Shown piece by piece: positions 13,201 to 27,212 of a stretch of DNA of 64,000 nucleotides. How positions within the stretch are numbered: the first letter of the stretch is position 1; the number at the start of each line of letters is the position of its first letter. This DNA comes from Anolis carolinensis (Eukaryota): positions 255,141,747 to 255,205,746 of the forward strand of contig NC_085842.1 in assembly GCF_035594765.1 (NCBI RefSeq), read 5' to 3'. The position numbers were made by a program, and so were the translations under genes. The notes beneath the pieces were generated by a model. The model made no database searches, had not been told where the DNA came from, and was given only the letters and a program-made list of their open reading frames with translations.

Positions 13201-13517
13201 ACACACAAACACATATCTCATGGTTTAAAAAATGTAAATGGGGATACCAATTACATTAATAAACATATGGATGGTGGCTAGAATCCTACTACTAACATAC
13301 ACAAGTGCAAGTCCTCCTTACATCTGTATACATCTTTTTTGGCTGTTATGGAGGTTCATAATTTCCAAATCTCCCCCTGGACTCATACCTTTGCTAAGAT
13401 AGCCCCCCCCCCCCCTTCCCGGCAACACCAGATCCATGATTACATGACTTATAGAAACCATGAGAGGATGGAGAATTTTCTTTAAATGTTCCAATAGCCA
13501 GAGGCAGATTTATTACA

Positions 13518-13841
13518 GAGTCCTTGGTGGCTCAGTGGGTTAAACTTCTGAGCTGCTGAACTTGCTGACCAAAAGGTTGGTAGTTTGAATCTGGAGAGCA
13601 GGGTGAGCTCCTGCTGTTAGCCCCAGCTTCTGCCAACCTAAGAGTTCAAATACATATAAACATAAATAGATCAATAGATCCAGTGGGAAGGTAATGGCAC
13701 TCCATGCAGTCATACTGGCCACATGACCTTGGAGATGTCTAAGGAAACGCCAGATCTTTGACTTAGAAATTGAAATGAGCACGAACTCCCAGAGTCGGAC
13801 ATGACTAGACGTAATCTCAAGGGAAAACTTTTACCTTTACT
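13518..13841 (+). mobile_element. Sauria SINE, near full length
   Basis: tRNA-like head (ggtggctcagtgggttaa; ggtagtttgaatc), characteristic body and (ACCTTT)n-type tail. Confidence 0.88.
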
Positions 13842-14404
13842 ATGCTATTGGCTTTAGAGCAAAATGGGCAATAGTCACTGCTTCACTGAAACTGACCACC
13901 ATCACAAGCCCCAGAATGGCCATGTTGGGGGGGGGGGGCTAACACAGCATCTGAGCATGAAAAGAATGATGATCAGGGTGTCACAATTCCTATGGAACTT
14001 ATGTTTTTCTGGACAATCTACAATCTTAACCTGTAATTTTATTAAAATTTTATTAAAATTTTGCTGAAAGGGATTCCCACCTCTCAGCCATAATATTTGC
14101 GCATTTTAGGTATTCATTTATTTTAACACAAGCCATGCAATTCACAAAGTAAGATGCCTAAAGGGAGGAGAGAGAAAGAGAAAGAGAAACAAAGGGAATA
14201 AAGAGATATATAGACTGAGTTCTAAGAGTACTACCCAACAGAAACATGTAACAATAATCAAAACACGAAACACTAACTAATACACAAAATAACTCTGTTT
14301 TACCAATCCAAGCTGTAATGAACAAGAATGTATATAATTCTACCATTTAATATTACACAAAGTACCTTTTATATCTTCAATCTGTATTCTCTCCCACCCA
14401 CCCC

Positions 14405-14664
14405 TTATTTATTTATTTATTTATTTATTTACAACATTTATATCCCGCCCTTCTCACCCGAAGGGACTCAGGGCGGCGTACAAATTGGCAACAATTCAAT
14501 GCCTACACATAATTAAAACAGCAATGAAAATCCAATAAAACAATTAAAACAATATAAAAATATAAAACATATGATTAAAATCAATTCCTCCAAAATCCTC
14601 GTGCTGTAGCCATAAATCAGTCCGGGGTCGTCTTTACCATTTAATCTTTGAAAGCCTGGGCACA
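14405..14664 (-). mobile_element. L2 LINE 3' end
   Basis: (TAAA)n tail, stem-loop cgccctgagtcccttcgggtgagaagggcg, AT-rich UTR and last codons CAQAFKD*. Confidence 0.75.
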
Positions 14665-16392
14665 TATATCTGTTTAAATGTAGTATTGAAAATTTGGGTT
14701 CACCTTATCATATACTTCTTTATGACCACTGTGTGTATGTTCCTTCAAGGCATCTGGCCACCTGTTCTGAACTCATGAATTTTATAAGGTTATCTGAAGC
14801 AATGAATATGTAGAAAGGGTTTCACAAGTTGCTTCCTCTGAAAAATAGCTTATGGCACCTGATAATCTCCCATCCAAGCCCTAAACAGGGCCAGTCCTTC
14901 TTAACTTCCAAGATCCATGCACTAAACATTACACAACACCTGTAAGATTTACCATAATTCCCATGAAAGACACTATCTCTGTTTTTGTGTGGTGCATTGC
15001 AAGCTCAACATGAATGTGTTGTAAAATCAGAATAATATGACACAAAACACAATAATGACATCAAGATATTTAACAACTGCATTCATCATTTCTCTGAAGA
15101 CGAGATTGCTGTGCAAAGAACTATCCTGTTTTGAGCTGTATTAGTCATTGTGTGTATTCCAATAGCTTTGATTTACAACTAGAAAGAAACATTTGTTTTT
15201 CAGTTGAGCTGAATATTGATTTTTCACTTCAATAAATTTCTCGGTCTTCTAGTAAATACAAGATATTATTTTAGTTCCAAAAGTTTCAACCAAGAGATTG
15301 GCCACTATGTTTCTTTCTTGGACTGCAAGTGGAAGGGTTTGTGTCTTCCACTTCTGTGTAAAAAATCTGTGTAAAATATATTATGAATAAGGAAGAAAAA
15401 AAGAAACTCAAAGGTATGTTACAATCAGGCCTGTGCCTCACGGAGGTGACATTTCTTATCTGCTATGTGCCTATTGTTGGAAAATTGTAATAACTTAACA
15501 GGTTGAAAATTGTTGTTCAAGACTGTCCTTGAAGGCCAATTCTTTGAAACACATTCTTTACAAAGGAATTTCTCCTTTGTGACCCTGGTGGTTTTCCTCC
15601 TGTCCTTTCCCTGCAGGTAGAAGCATCTGACTGTTCTTTCTAACAAATAAAACAGTAAATTTGGCTCATAACAAAAAAAACTTGGTCTGTTTCATTTGTG
15701 AATTCTCTTTCTCATGCAGCATGTTTGAAGAACACTGAAAAAACAATAGAGATCAAAGAATGGCACTTTTAAAAAACTGCACAGAGCTATAAAAACAAGC
15801 TATTCAAAATAAAAGATAAATGTCAAAACAGTCGTAAGAACTGTTATTATTACAGTGCTGCTTTTAAATTATTTTAATGGCCTGTGTGAAGAATTGACAA
15901 AGTCAATAACATAGAGTTGTCTCTAGGAGGGAAAATCCACAATTTGGAAGCAGCCACAGAAAAGGTTGCATGTCACATTTGACATCTACTTAGAAATATT
16001 TTAAACCTACAACCATCTAAAAGGCTAAATTGTTCAGCAATGAGTGTCATAATTATAAGTTCTAAGAATGGCTCTGGCATGCAAGTGGATATATGTTCAC
16101 TTGGAAGTAATGCTTGCTGAAACACAGTTGTGCCCCAATAGCAATTTACATTATTCAATGTTGTCTGCATAGCAGATTGTGTGAGCTTAAATATGAACAA
16201 GGGAATTGTTATCTCCATCAGAATTTACTATGGAGTATTTGCTGGGATTTTCCAAAATCCAGAATAAAAAAATGTTATAACACTGTATAAATGATATTGA
16301 TGTAAGATATCAGCATATTTTACATGTTGAATCTACACTGTAGAATTAATGCAGTTTGGCATAACTTTAACTACCATAGCTCAATGCTATGG

Positions 16393-18350
16393 AATCCTGG
16401 GTTAAAATTAAAGGGGACAGAAACCACAGTGACTTCTTTGTGGGCTCCTAATACAGACTCCCCATCCAGACTGAAGATTTGGTTGATGCCTTCATAAAAC
16501 AAATGACCAACTATTCAAAAAATGAGAGATACAGTAGCAGCGGGAGATCTCCAACCACCCTGATATTTGTTGGAAGTCATATGCCAAAAGTCTAAGGCAG
16601 GGGTCCTCAAACCTTTCAACCAGAGGGCCAGTTCATGGTCCTTCAGGGTAGTTTTTTTTAGGGTGGGGAACTATAGACTGAAAAAAATAACAAATTCCTA
16701 TACACTGCACATATCTTATTTGTAGTGCAAAAATCATGAAAGAAAAATACAATATTTAAAATGAAGAGAAATTTTAATCAACATAAACTTTCCAGTATTT
16801 CAGTGAGAAGTGCGGGCCTGCTTTTGGCTGATGAGATTGTAAAGGTAATTAGGATCATTGTTGTTATGTGCCTTCAAGTCATTAAGTCTAAAGTTTAGGG
16901 TGGGGGCTGGGTAAATAGCCTTGGAGGTCCACATCCAACCCAAGTGCCTTAGTTTGGGGATCCCTGCAAGAGAATCAACTATTTGAGATTTGAGGCTAAC
17001 CAACAGAGATGGTTCAATCGGGTAGAAACTGTGGGATCCTGAGGTAAGAGTGGCCATGTCATCTAGGAATTTGTTGTACAAAGGAAAGGGAAAGCTAAAC
17101 ATAGTGAAATCATCACTCTGGACCTAAAGGGAGCTGACTGTAGTAAGCTTAGAGAAATACTGAGTGAAAACCCTTGATCAGAAATGTTCAAAAGGAAGAA
17201 AGTTTATTGTGCTTGGGAGTTTCTTCAAGAAGACGTTGAAGGCACAGCTGCAAATAATTTCAAGAAGGAAGAAAAGTTGAAGGTATCAAAAGAAATTGGG
17301 ATGGATGGACAAAGAGCTTTCAAATGAGCTGGGATTTAAAAGAGGCATGCATAAAAAACAGAAGAAGGGGAAACCACCAAGAAAGAATACGGATGAATAG
17401 CTAGTATGTGCAGTGGGGAAGTCAGAAAAATGAAAGCCCTGGCTCTCTATAGTGGTTGAAAGAAAATAAATGGGGTTTTGTGTTTGTTTTTGGCTATTTG
17501 GAGTAAGAACAAGGAAATGATAGCATCACTGCATAGAGAAGATGACAAAATGTTAATGGGGGTAGAGATAAGTGCTATTTAATATATTCTTTGCTTCAGT
17601 CTTCTTCCAAATGGGAACTGTTCTAAATGGCAAAAACCATGCAGAAAGGGGATTACAGCCCAGCAAAGGTTGAGAACATAGCTAAAGGCAGTAAAGAAAT
17701 ACTTAGCTACTCTAAGAATGTACCTCTCTGGGACCAGATAAGCTGTCACCAAGAGTACTAAAGGAATTTGGAGATGTAATCTCGGAACCACTCTCTATAA
17801 ATTCATGGAGCACAGGAGATAAAACTGCAAATTAGAGGAGGGCAAATGTTCCAGTCTTCAAAAAAGGTAAAACAGAGGATCCGATCAACTACCAATCAGT
17901 CAGTGTAATGTTGCTGCCAGGAAAGGTTCGAGAACAGGTTGAATGATCACCTGTGTACACATGGAAAGGAATGTGTAATTGCTAAAGGGCAGAATGGATT
18001 TCTCAAAAACAAGTTATGCCATATCAATCTTCTCTCTTTTTGATAAAAACTTTGTATATCAGAAGAGTGCAGTGGATGTAGTACATCCTGATATCAATAA
18101 GACTTTTCACAAACTCCTCTATTATATTCTTGCTGGTATACTGATAAACTTTGGACTCGACAGTGTTACAGTTTGTGGATCTGTAATTGGTTGACAAACC
18201 AAACCCAGAAATTACTCACCAATGATTTCCCTTCATTCAGAGACTAGAACATAAACCAATGAATTCAACAGTGGAATAGATTGTCTGGACTCAGCATCTT
18301 TGGAAATCTGTAAACAAAGTTGAATGGGCATCTTTCAGAGATGTTTCAGG
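16393..18350 (+). mobile_element. Old degraded CR1 LINE (endonuclease to RT), interrupted and internally deleted
   Basis: Recognisable CR1 ORF2 remnants (e.g. ggagggcaaatgttccagtcttcaaaaaagg, aactaccaatcagtcag). Homologous to 52880-53607 and 49005-49195. Confidence 0.75.
16598..16966 (+). mobile_element. hAT MITE inserted in CR1
   Basis: TIR caggggtcctcaaac / gtttggggatccctg. Left flank gtctaagg; right TSD missing. Confidence 0.8.
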
Positions 18351-18448
18351 GAGTTGACTAGATGATTGTTGCTCTAACATGAATAATTTATGGCTCCTTC
18401 TACACTGCCATAAAATCCAGGTTATCAAAGCAGATAATCCACATCTGA

Positions 18449-18533
18449 TCCTCTGAAGATGTTAGCCAAAGAGGCAGGTGAAACATCATGAGAAAATGCT
18501 GCTAAAACAGCCTGGAAATCATACAACACTCCA
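18449..18533 (+). mobile_element. Penelope-like terminal-repeat fragment with hammerhead-like motif (second subfamily)
   Basis: tcctCTGAAGAtgttagccaaagaggcaggtGAAACATC. Confidence 0.65.
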
Positions 18534-21489
18534 AGCAAAAGACTTTTTAAAAAATTAAATGATCTGCAGAAACCAGGTTTTGAACGATGTGATATTCTTC
18601 CTTCCACACTTAGTTATAGTTAAGTATTGGAATAAATAAAAACTACAGCTCACTGGAAAAATCAGTAACATCCTTATTAAGTTACAATCACAATATATTG
18701 GATTATATGTGTCTACACTGTCATATAATCCAGTTCAAAACAGATAATCTGGATTTTATATGGCAGTGTAGAAGAGACCATTGCCTCTATTTTATGATTC
18801 TGCACTTGGACCTGCTCTTATGTTTCATGCTTGTTTTTATATACATAAGGTGTTTTATGAAGCTTATGTTGAAATGTAAGTTTCATAACAAAATCAGTGT
18901 AAATTAACTAAAGACAAGTTGTATAAGAAAAACAATGAATACTTGTTCCATCATGTAAGCATGGATAATGTGGCTTGGCATAAATGACAATCATGAAGAT
19001 TTCAGCTTTGATGCTGACATGTTGGCCAAAGTTTAATTGGTGTCTTGCACATGTGTAGGTCACCTTACAGTAAAAAAAAATTCTGATGTGGAATTGCCTT
19101 AATTTAATTCAAGAGTTACACATGTAGTGCCACTACTATACATGGCAGTGGATTCACATGGATATTGCATAAAGTTAGGCCTGTTGTGGATATGCATTTT
19201 ACATAATTGCATATGGATATCCAACAGAGACTGCATGTGCATAGTGATTCCTGATCCTCGACATAGGATGGTAACCACTAATTCACTTCACCTCTGCATC
19301 GCCTTTTGCAATTCAATTCATTTCTGGGTCTATTACAGTGAAAGCATTTAAGATAATGCTGGGACAGGCTGGAGGAGGGGAGGGAAAGAAAAATAATTAA
19401 TTGTAACACATTTCTTCAAAATGATTTTAAAAATAGATTTAAATGTTTACAAACAATAGTTCTCCCCATTAATTGAACTTGCACAATCAGATACCACAGT
19501 CTTGCATATCTTCTACATTATATATTTTCAGACCACTTATAGACCACTAAGTCACAAATTATGTACTGTTTAAATGTCAATTGATGGAGGGTTTGTTAGT
19601 TTTTGTTTTTGTTTTTGGAAGGGGGAGGAGAAGTTGGAAGAGGTGCATGTTCTAGTTAATTCAAGAGTATCAAAAACAAACCTTAATGAAATATAGTGTC
19701 CCATCATGCAAAATTGTAACAGACACATTCCGTATGTGGAGGTGTATCTTTAAACACAACCTAATGAATGACGCAGAAGTGACAAAACTGACAACACTAC
19801 TTTCCATTTAGACCTGGATAAACACAAAATAATGTACACATAATTAATCAGATATATATTCATATATCTGATGAATTATATATTAATTATTGTAGGCTTG
19901 CCTTACAATTGAGATAATACTAACAAATGAGTTAATTCTTTGAAGACATTCTTGCTTAAACAGGAACTACATAAATATCTTTTTTTTGGGGGGTCACAAT
20001 AAAATAATAGCAAAACGTGCCATCGAAGGATGGAATATAGACAATACACAGTGGATGAAAGCAGCTACTGTGCTTTTTGGCAGTGTTCTATCAATGCAGC
20101 ATGATAAAAATGTGAATTGGGAACTTCATATTTAGATTCAGAATAGAGCAGAGGCAGCTCTGTTCATGTGTCAGATATAAACACTGCACTACTGAATTTG
20201 GATCCTGATATAGAAAGGATTGTTTAAGCTTGTACTTGGCAACTGCAAGCACCATCTGGTGAGAAGGTTGTAACCCTTTTTGACCAGATTAAAAACTGGC
20301 AAGTATGATCCATAATCTCAAGTCTAGACTACTGAAATGAGCTCTGTGAGGGGCTGCTCTTGCCAACTATTGGCATGCTTCAGCTGGTTCAGAGCAAATT
20401 GGCTCTGGCATCTATTTTGGTTTCCTATAGCTTGTCTTCCATGAAGGCACAATTAAGATTGGAGTTTGGAACCATAAAAATCCTAGATAGCTTACTCCAA
20501 AATAGCTTTTGTAAATTACCTCTGCACGATGATAGTACTATGATATGAAAAGGCCTATTAATTAGTAAAAAGATGCCTATTGGCTAATGAATAACCATGT
20601 GTTACATTTGGAAAGCAAGGGCTTCTTTAAAGAATCATGAGCATAAAACTCCCTTTGCTTGACAGAACGTTATGCTATTCAGGAGCACATGTATGCAGAT
20701 GCATCACTACCACCATCATCACACACACACACACACACACATGCACGAACACACACAAAGACAACAGATGTGAAGCATTATTTGTCCCCAGTATACTTGT
20801 GAGGTAAAAGCTTAGTACTTTTGCATATACTTATTCTATCTATATTGTTGTCTGATTCATTACATTAACAGCTAAGAAACAGAGCCAGTATGCTGTAATA
20901 GACTGAACTCAGACTAAAACAAAGTTTCTCATCATAGAGGAAGGCAAAGACAATCTCTCTCTGAACAAATCATACCAAAAAAAGTCAATCATAAGTTTGG
21001 ATTAGGGTCACTAGAAGGCAGAAATGACCTAAAGGCTCACAACAACAACAACAACAACAACCAAACAAAACATTTCATTTTGACACTTGAAAAAGGCAAT
21101 ATTTGTCTGCTGAAATTCTGCTTGTATCCATCAGCACACACAAACGTACACACATGAACACAGTCACTTACACCAAACCCTCAAAGTTCTACATTAATAA
21201 AATAATAGCAACACTCTGCCACTGAGATAAAGGCCATTGAGGCCATACTAGCTCTGCATTAGAGTTACAAAGAATATTCAGACATATTTAAAACTGTTTC
21301 AAATGCTTGTTTTTGACTGCCAGAAAATCCTGACAAGAGAATTCTGGACTGACATTTTCTTTTTTGCAGTTTCAGATGTATTCTCCACAAAACCTATCTA
21401 TGCACAAAGAAATATGTGTGAACCGTGCACAGAATAAGTCCACAACTACAATATGTTTAATACATAAAGCAATATTATATGTATAAAAT

Positions 21490-22345
<856 letters not shown>

Positions 22346-22781
22346 TTTTGTGTTGTCTGTCTGAAGCTTTCTTCATTTTATATTTGGTAAACATACTGAA
22401 TTAGGAGTTGGTTTGATTTGGATGCATGCAGCTAATTTGGGATTTGACTTGCTCCATGTGTCAGGAACAGACCAATACTTATCTGGATAAAGAATGAAAG
22501 GAAAGTCAGGACAAGAGGTCGATGCTTCTCAAAGCTTACCATTAAAGTAATTAGTTGCAATTACAGTTCTAAAATGATAAGAGCTCAAGAATACTTAACT
22601 GTTAGTATAGTTATTCATTTTTATTTATTATGATCACTTAGTTTTTACTAGTTTAAATAGTTTTAAAGGTTTTTTGAAACTATTGTTGATTCAGAAAAAG
22701 AATACAGTGAAAGAGCAACAATAATACAAAAATCAGACTTTAAAAAAATACAATGCTAAAGCTATGCATGTAATTAGCTAC

Positions 22782-23377
22782 TAGGCTTGTACACAGATTC
22801 ATTTTGGATGTTTGCCTTTGGTTTATTCAGAAGCTCATAACAGCATAAGTTCAGGCACCATTTTTAACTGGCCACAACAGAACAGTGGTTGTCGAAAATT
22901 GGCTGCTTTTGGTTTTTTCCAGTTACACATTGAGTGCTGGAAGAGAGGCAGCCACTAAAAGGACAAGATCCCAGGAAGCAATGTTTTTTAACCCCTTTCT
23001 TTAAACCCAGGTCTTGTCTAAAGACAGAAGAGAAAGGATCCCAGGAAGCAAGGTTTCTTAATCCCTTTATTAAGCCCAGGTGTCCTCTACAGACATAAGG
23101 GAAATGATTGCAGAAAGCATTGTATCTTAACTCTGATGCTTTTAATTCAGGTCTTAATGAAGGATATAAGGACAAACAGCACCTAAAATGATGGGAAGGG
23201 GAGCCTGGCACCCCCCCCCCCTCCCCATAATGGGCCAGATAGAAACTAATCTTTCCCAGATTAAAAATTGATTTCTGCCCTCCCGAATTTGGGAGGCTCC
23301 CAAAAAACAGATCAGGACCCTTACCAAAATCTGGAATACCGAAATGGATCACAGTTTACCTGAATTGTACAAGCTTA
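22782..23377. mobile_element. Non-autonomous hAT-like element (TAGG-ended family)
   Basis: TIR taggcttgtac / gtacaagctta. Flanks ttagctac / ctagctat (6/8 TSD). Confidence 0.7.
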
Positions 23378-23519
23378 CTAGCTATTACAATACATTACAT
23401 TACAGGACAAAATCAAAAACAGACACATCAACAACACACACATCTATATTAATATACACATAAAAACTATACTAGCCAACAAACAAAAGCTTTTTAAAGG
23501 CTTTCACAGCCAGAATCAC

Positions 23520-23590
23520 TGGAGTGTTGTGTGGTTTCTGGACTGTATGGCCGTGATCTAGCAGCATTTTCTCCTGATGTTTTGCCTGCA
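23520..23590 (-). mobile_element. Penelope-like repeat fragment, truncated within the hammerhead
   Basis: Reverse match to 18475-18533. Confidence 0.6.
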
Positions 23591-24008
23591 CACTCTGAGT
23601 GCCTCTAGCAAAAGCAGTGGCCACCTGCATCTGAACAGTGCTGGCAGAGAAAACCCATTAAGTTGAATTGACTTGAAGACACAGTACAACAAAAGATCAA
23701 TGTTGATTGAATTAAAAGTCTTGTAACCATACTTATATTGGGCATAGTTCAAGGAGGAGAATGTCACTCAAAAGAGCAAGAGGTGGTTCCAGTATATGTA
23801 AACAGAATGGTATTTTCTAGTACTGATGGCCCTCCACATCTGCAAATTTCACTTTTGAGTATCAGTGGATTTGATTAATATGTTTTCTGTGAATCTCTAG
23901 ATCCTCCAGTGTCATTCTCTGCTCAGCTTTCAGTAGATGTTGATGCTGGAGGATCTAGAAATTTATAGAGGTATTATCTCAAGTAATACATACATACGTA
24001 CATGCCTA

Positions 24009-24184
24009 TCTATATATATAAAAGGGTAATGGCATCACGGCACTGGACAAAACAACTAAACTAAACGCCCCACAACCTCAAAAATTGACAGCACAACCTC
24101 TCATCCACGCCTCTACGTTCATACAACAAAAAGAAAAGAAAAATAAAGTCCTAACCACAGCAACGCGTGGCCGGGCACAGCTAG
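24009..24184 (+). mobile_element. Non-autonomous mini-Helitron (176 bp)
   Basis: 5' TC (TCTATATATATAAAA), 3' CTAG preceded by GC-rich hairpin ccacagcaacgcgtgg. Inserted between A and T with no TSD. Confidence 0.8.
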
Positions 24185-26512
24185 TATATATATATATGCG
24201 TGTATGTGTATATGTGTGTGTGTACACACAGAGAAAGAGAGAGAGAGAAAGAGAAAAGCAATACACTATAAACACAATACAAATATATTATAATTCACAG
24301 GTTTTTTAGCCCCAGTAAACATGGAGGGCTAATTGTAGATTCCTGGTGCCAGTTTTGGCTTGGGCAGGGTAGAACTGTCCCTGACTGGCCTGTAAGTAGC
24401 CTTGGAGAACAGCTTGTGCCTCTGCACAATCTTTGAAAAGGTACAACTATTCATGTAACTGAGAGCTGCATCACCATAATGCAGCTATTGGATCTTCTCC
24501 ATTATTTAGAACTAGTTACTACCAAGTTCTACTCCATAAGAGTCTATAATCCTGGGCATAAGCATTATACAAAATGGAAATGGTGGTAATTTTTTCTCTG
24601 AGTTATCTGAATGAAAAGTTTGCCTTACTATCCTGAAAGTCTGGAAATGCAAGTTTATATTTTGGTTACTAGAGAACTGACAGACATCAGAAACTTACTC
24701 CTCCTTTATACATAAATGGAACTGCTTGCAACTCAAGCTTAGCCTACACTGGATCTGAACCTAGTATCTGCTCCTTAATGTATTCTTTAAGCGAAAAAAC
24801 AAAAAATAAAAAACAAGCTGCCTTGACAGATTTAACTTTCCATTCATTGAGAGTACTCAAGTGCTACATGCCAGTAGTTTCTGTGGCATAAAGCTGGCTT
24901 GCAGGCTGGCTGGTACATCAAAGGAAAAAGTGTGTCCCACAGCATTTTTATCAGCTAATAAACAACTGGATATACTCAGAATATCTAGAATGCCTAGTTG
25001 CAAAGAAAAAAAAAAGTATCTTTGATGGCAGCAGGGGCACTATCATATCTCTAGGCTAAAAACCTAAAAGGAGCTCATGACATACAGCAGGAGCCACTGC
25101 ATACTCTCTACAGCCACAAAGCTTTACTTTTGCAAATAGAGGAAGTATGTGTGTGTGTCTGCACTTCTTTTTCATTACCACTTGCTTTTAATTATCCACT
25201 TGAACACATAGGTACATCTACTCAGCAATTCAGGTTGTAAATATGTGGAAATTAGTTCCATAATGTTTCCTTCGTAATAAAAAAGCTGGTTCAATGACTT
25301 TAGAATCTTTCACAGCATGTGAACTATCACGCTGACAGTCGAACAAGACTAACATATAAAATGTTGAAATGTGAAGGACTGGAATGGGGGCTGGTGAAAG
25401 AAAAAAAATCTCATTTGCCACATTTATGCTTAAAAAACATGTACACTTTGGCTTCCATTATTATAAATGTAAATTGATGCAACTAGCATCTGGAAACATT
25501 AGTCAATTCCATCTGGATACTGGCATCCACAAAAATTTGACACACACAACAAAAACCTTTTACATAGCCAAATAAGCAAGGAGTCAGGATATGAAATATC
25601 CTTTTTTTATTTCCTCCTTTAAAGTATTCTGTACATAGCATTAGGAAGCAATGTTGCTGACATTTTTAAATACTGAACTTACACATGTTTAGCATTATGT
25701 TAGCAGCCATTAGAATGGGGCCCCAAAAAGCAGCAAAATCTGCTGTCTTAAGAGAAATAGAAATGTTGAGATCTTTTTAATGCATTCAGTACAAAGTGAT
25801 TGAATGATATGGCCAAGGAATGGGATCAAAATATATTCAAGTTCACAATAGAGCAGGTTTCCAACACAGCCAACAATCTCTCTCCAATTGACACCTGTAA
25901 ATGGGGTGATGAATTTGGAGTAGAATTTCAGCTCATCCCTAGCATGTCTCCTAACATCTAAGTCCTAGTAACTCAATTTTGTTCAAATTGCATCATATCT
26001 TTCTCCCAAGTTCACAGCAACTCACAACAGATCAAACCAAGGTTAAAAACAAATGTGTTATTTATTTTTGTGTGTGTATATACACACACACATATTGACA
26101 TGCCTACATGGGCAGAAAAATCCAGATCCACCCCAAATTGACTGTTCCTATGACATCTGTCTACTTCTGGTCAACATTGCAGGTTTTACTGGGTTAAACC
26201 AGCTTTCCCCTGCTTTAGACAAATTCAGAGCTCTAGAATTTACTGGAAATTCTGGAATATCCTGCAGGTTTGTCTGGATGATGAGATCAGGTTCAGTATG
26301 GACTTATCTGATATCTATATGGGACACTAGTACTATTTCCCTTTCCCCGAGCTCATCAGCCCTCCTCCTTCTTCCTGGTCATGCAGATGCCTTTCCTGAT
26401 GTTAGATCGGAGTGCCCATTGGGGGAAAACTGCTTTTTGTTTCTGTTTCATATCTATGGTTATGCAACACCCAGAAATCAGAAATGTTATTGATCAAGCA
26501 GTAAAAAAATAC

Positions 26513-27060
26513 TGCTGCTGCTGCTCAGTCATTTAGTCGTCTCTGACCCTTCGTGACCTCATGGACCAGTCCACGTCAGAGCTCCCTGTTGGCCGTCACC
26601 ACCCCCAGTTCCTTCAAGGTCGAGCCAGTCACTTCAAGGATACCTTCCATCCATCTTGCCCTTGGTCGGCCTCTCTTCCTTTTTCCTTCCATTTTCCCCA
26701 GCATCGTGACCTTTTCCAAGCTTTCCTGTCTCCTCATGATGTGGCCAAAATACGTCAGCTTTGCCTCTAATATCCTTCCCTCCAGTGAGCAGCATTATTT
26801 CCTGGAGGATGGACTGGTCGTCACCTTTTCTTGATCGCTTCAGCTTCTGTTAGGTCCCTGCCATCTTTGTTTTTGATCATGCCCATTTTTGCCTGAAATT
26901 TGCCTCCAATGTTTCTGATTTTCTGGAAGAGGTCTCTTGTCCTTCCTATTCTGTTGTCTTCTTCCACTTCCATGCATTGCTTGTTCGAAAATAGTTCCTT
27001 GTCTCTTCTGGCTAGCCTCTGGAATTGTGCATTTAATTGGGTACATCTCCCCCTATTGCT
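26513..27060 (-). mobile_element. RTE-clade LINE 3' fragment with an internal deletion near 26825
   Basis: Same family as 7431-7670, with a (CAG)n tail. 26830-27060 is upstream ORF sequence joined directly to the 3' end. Confidence 0.85.
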
Positions 27061-27110
27061 ATTTCCTTTCTACTACAGGTTCTTGTATTGTAATAGCCTT
27101 ACATTTATAT

Positions 27111-27212
27111 TGGGTTGTTGCATGTCTTTCGGGCTGTGTGGCCATGTTCCAGAAGTATTCTCTCCTGATGTTTCACCCACATCTATGGCAGGCATCCTCA
27201 GAGGCTGTGAGG
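27111..27212 (-). mobile_element. Penelope-like terminal-repeat fragment with the best-preserved hammerhead motif (27164-27204)
   Basis: Minus strand: cct CTGAGGA t gcctgc catagat gtgggt GAAAC ATC agg. Confidence 0.75.

Noticed and set aside
13518-13600. tRNA-like sequences (also 28543, 41577, 44359)
   Set aside because: These are SINE heads, not complete cloverleafs.
15590-15620. Strong plus-strand polypyrimidine tract plus CAG
   Set aside because: It is antisense to the gene and has no supporting exon or ORF.
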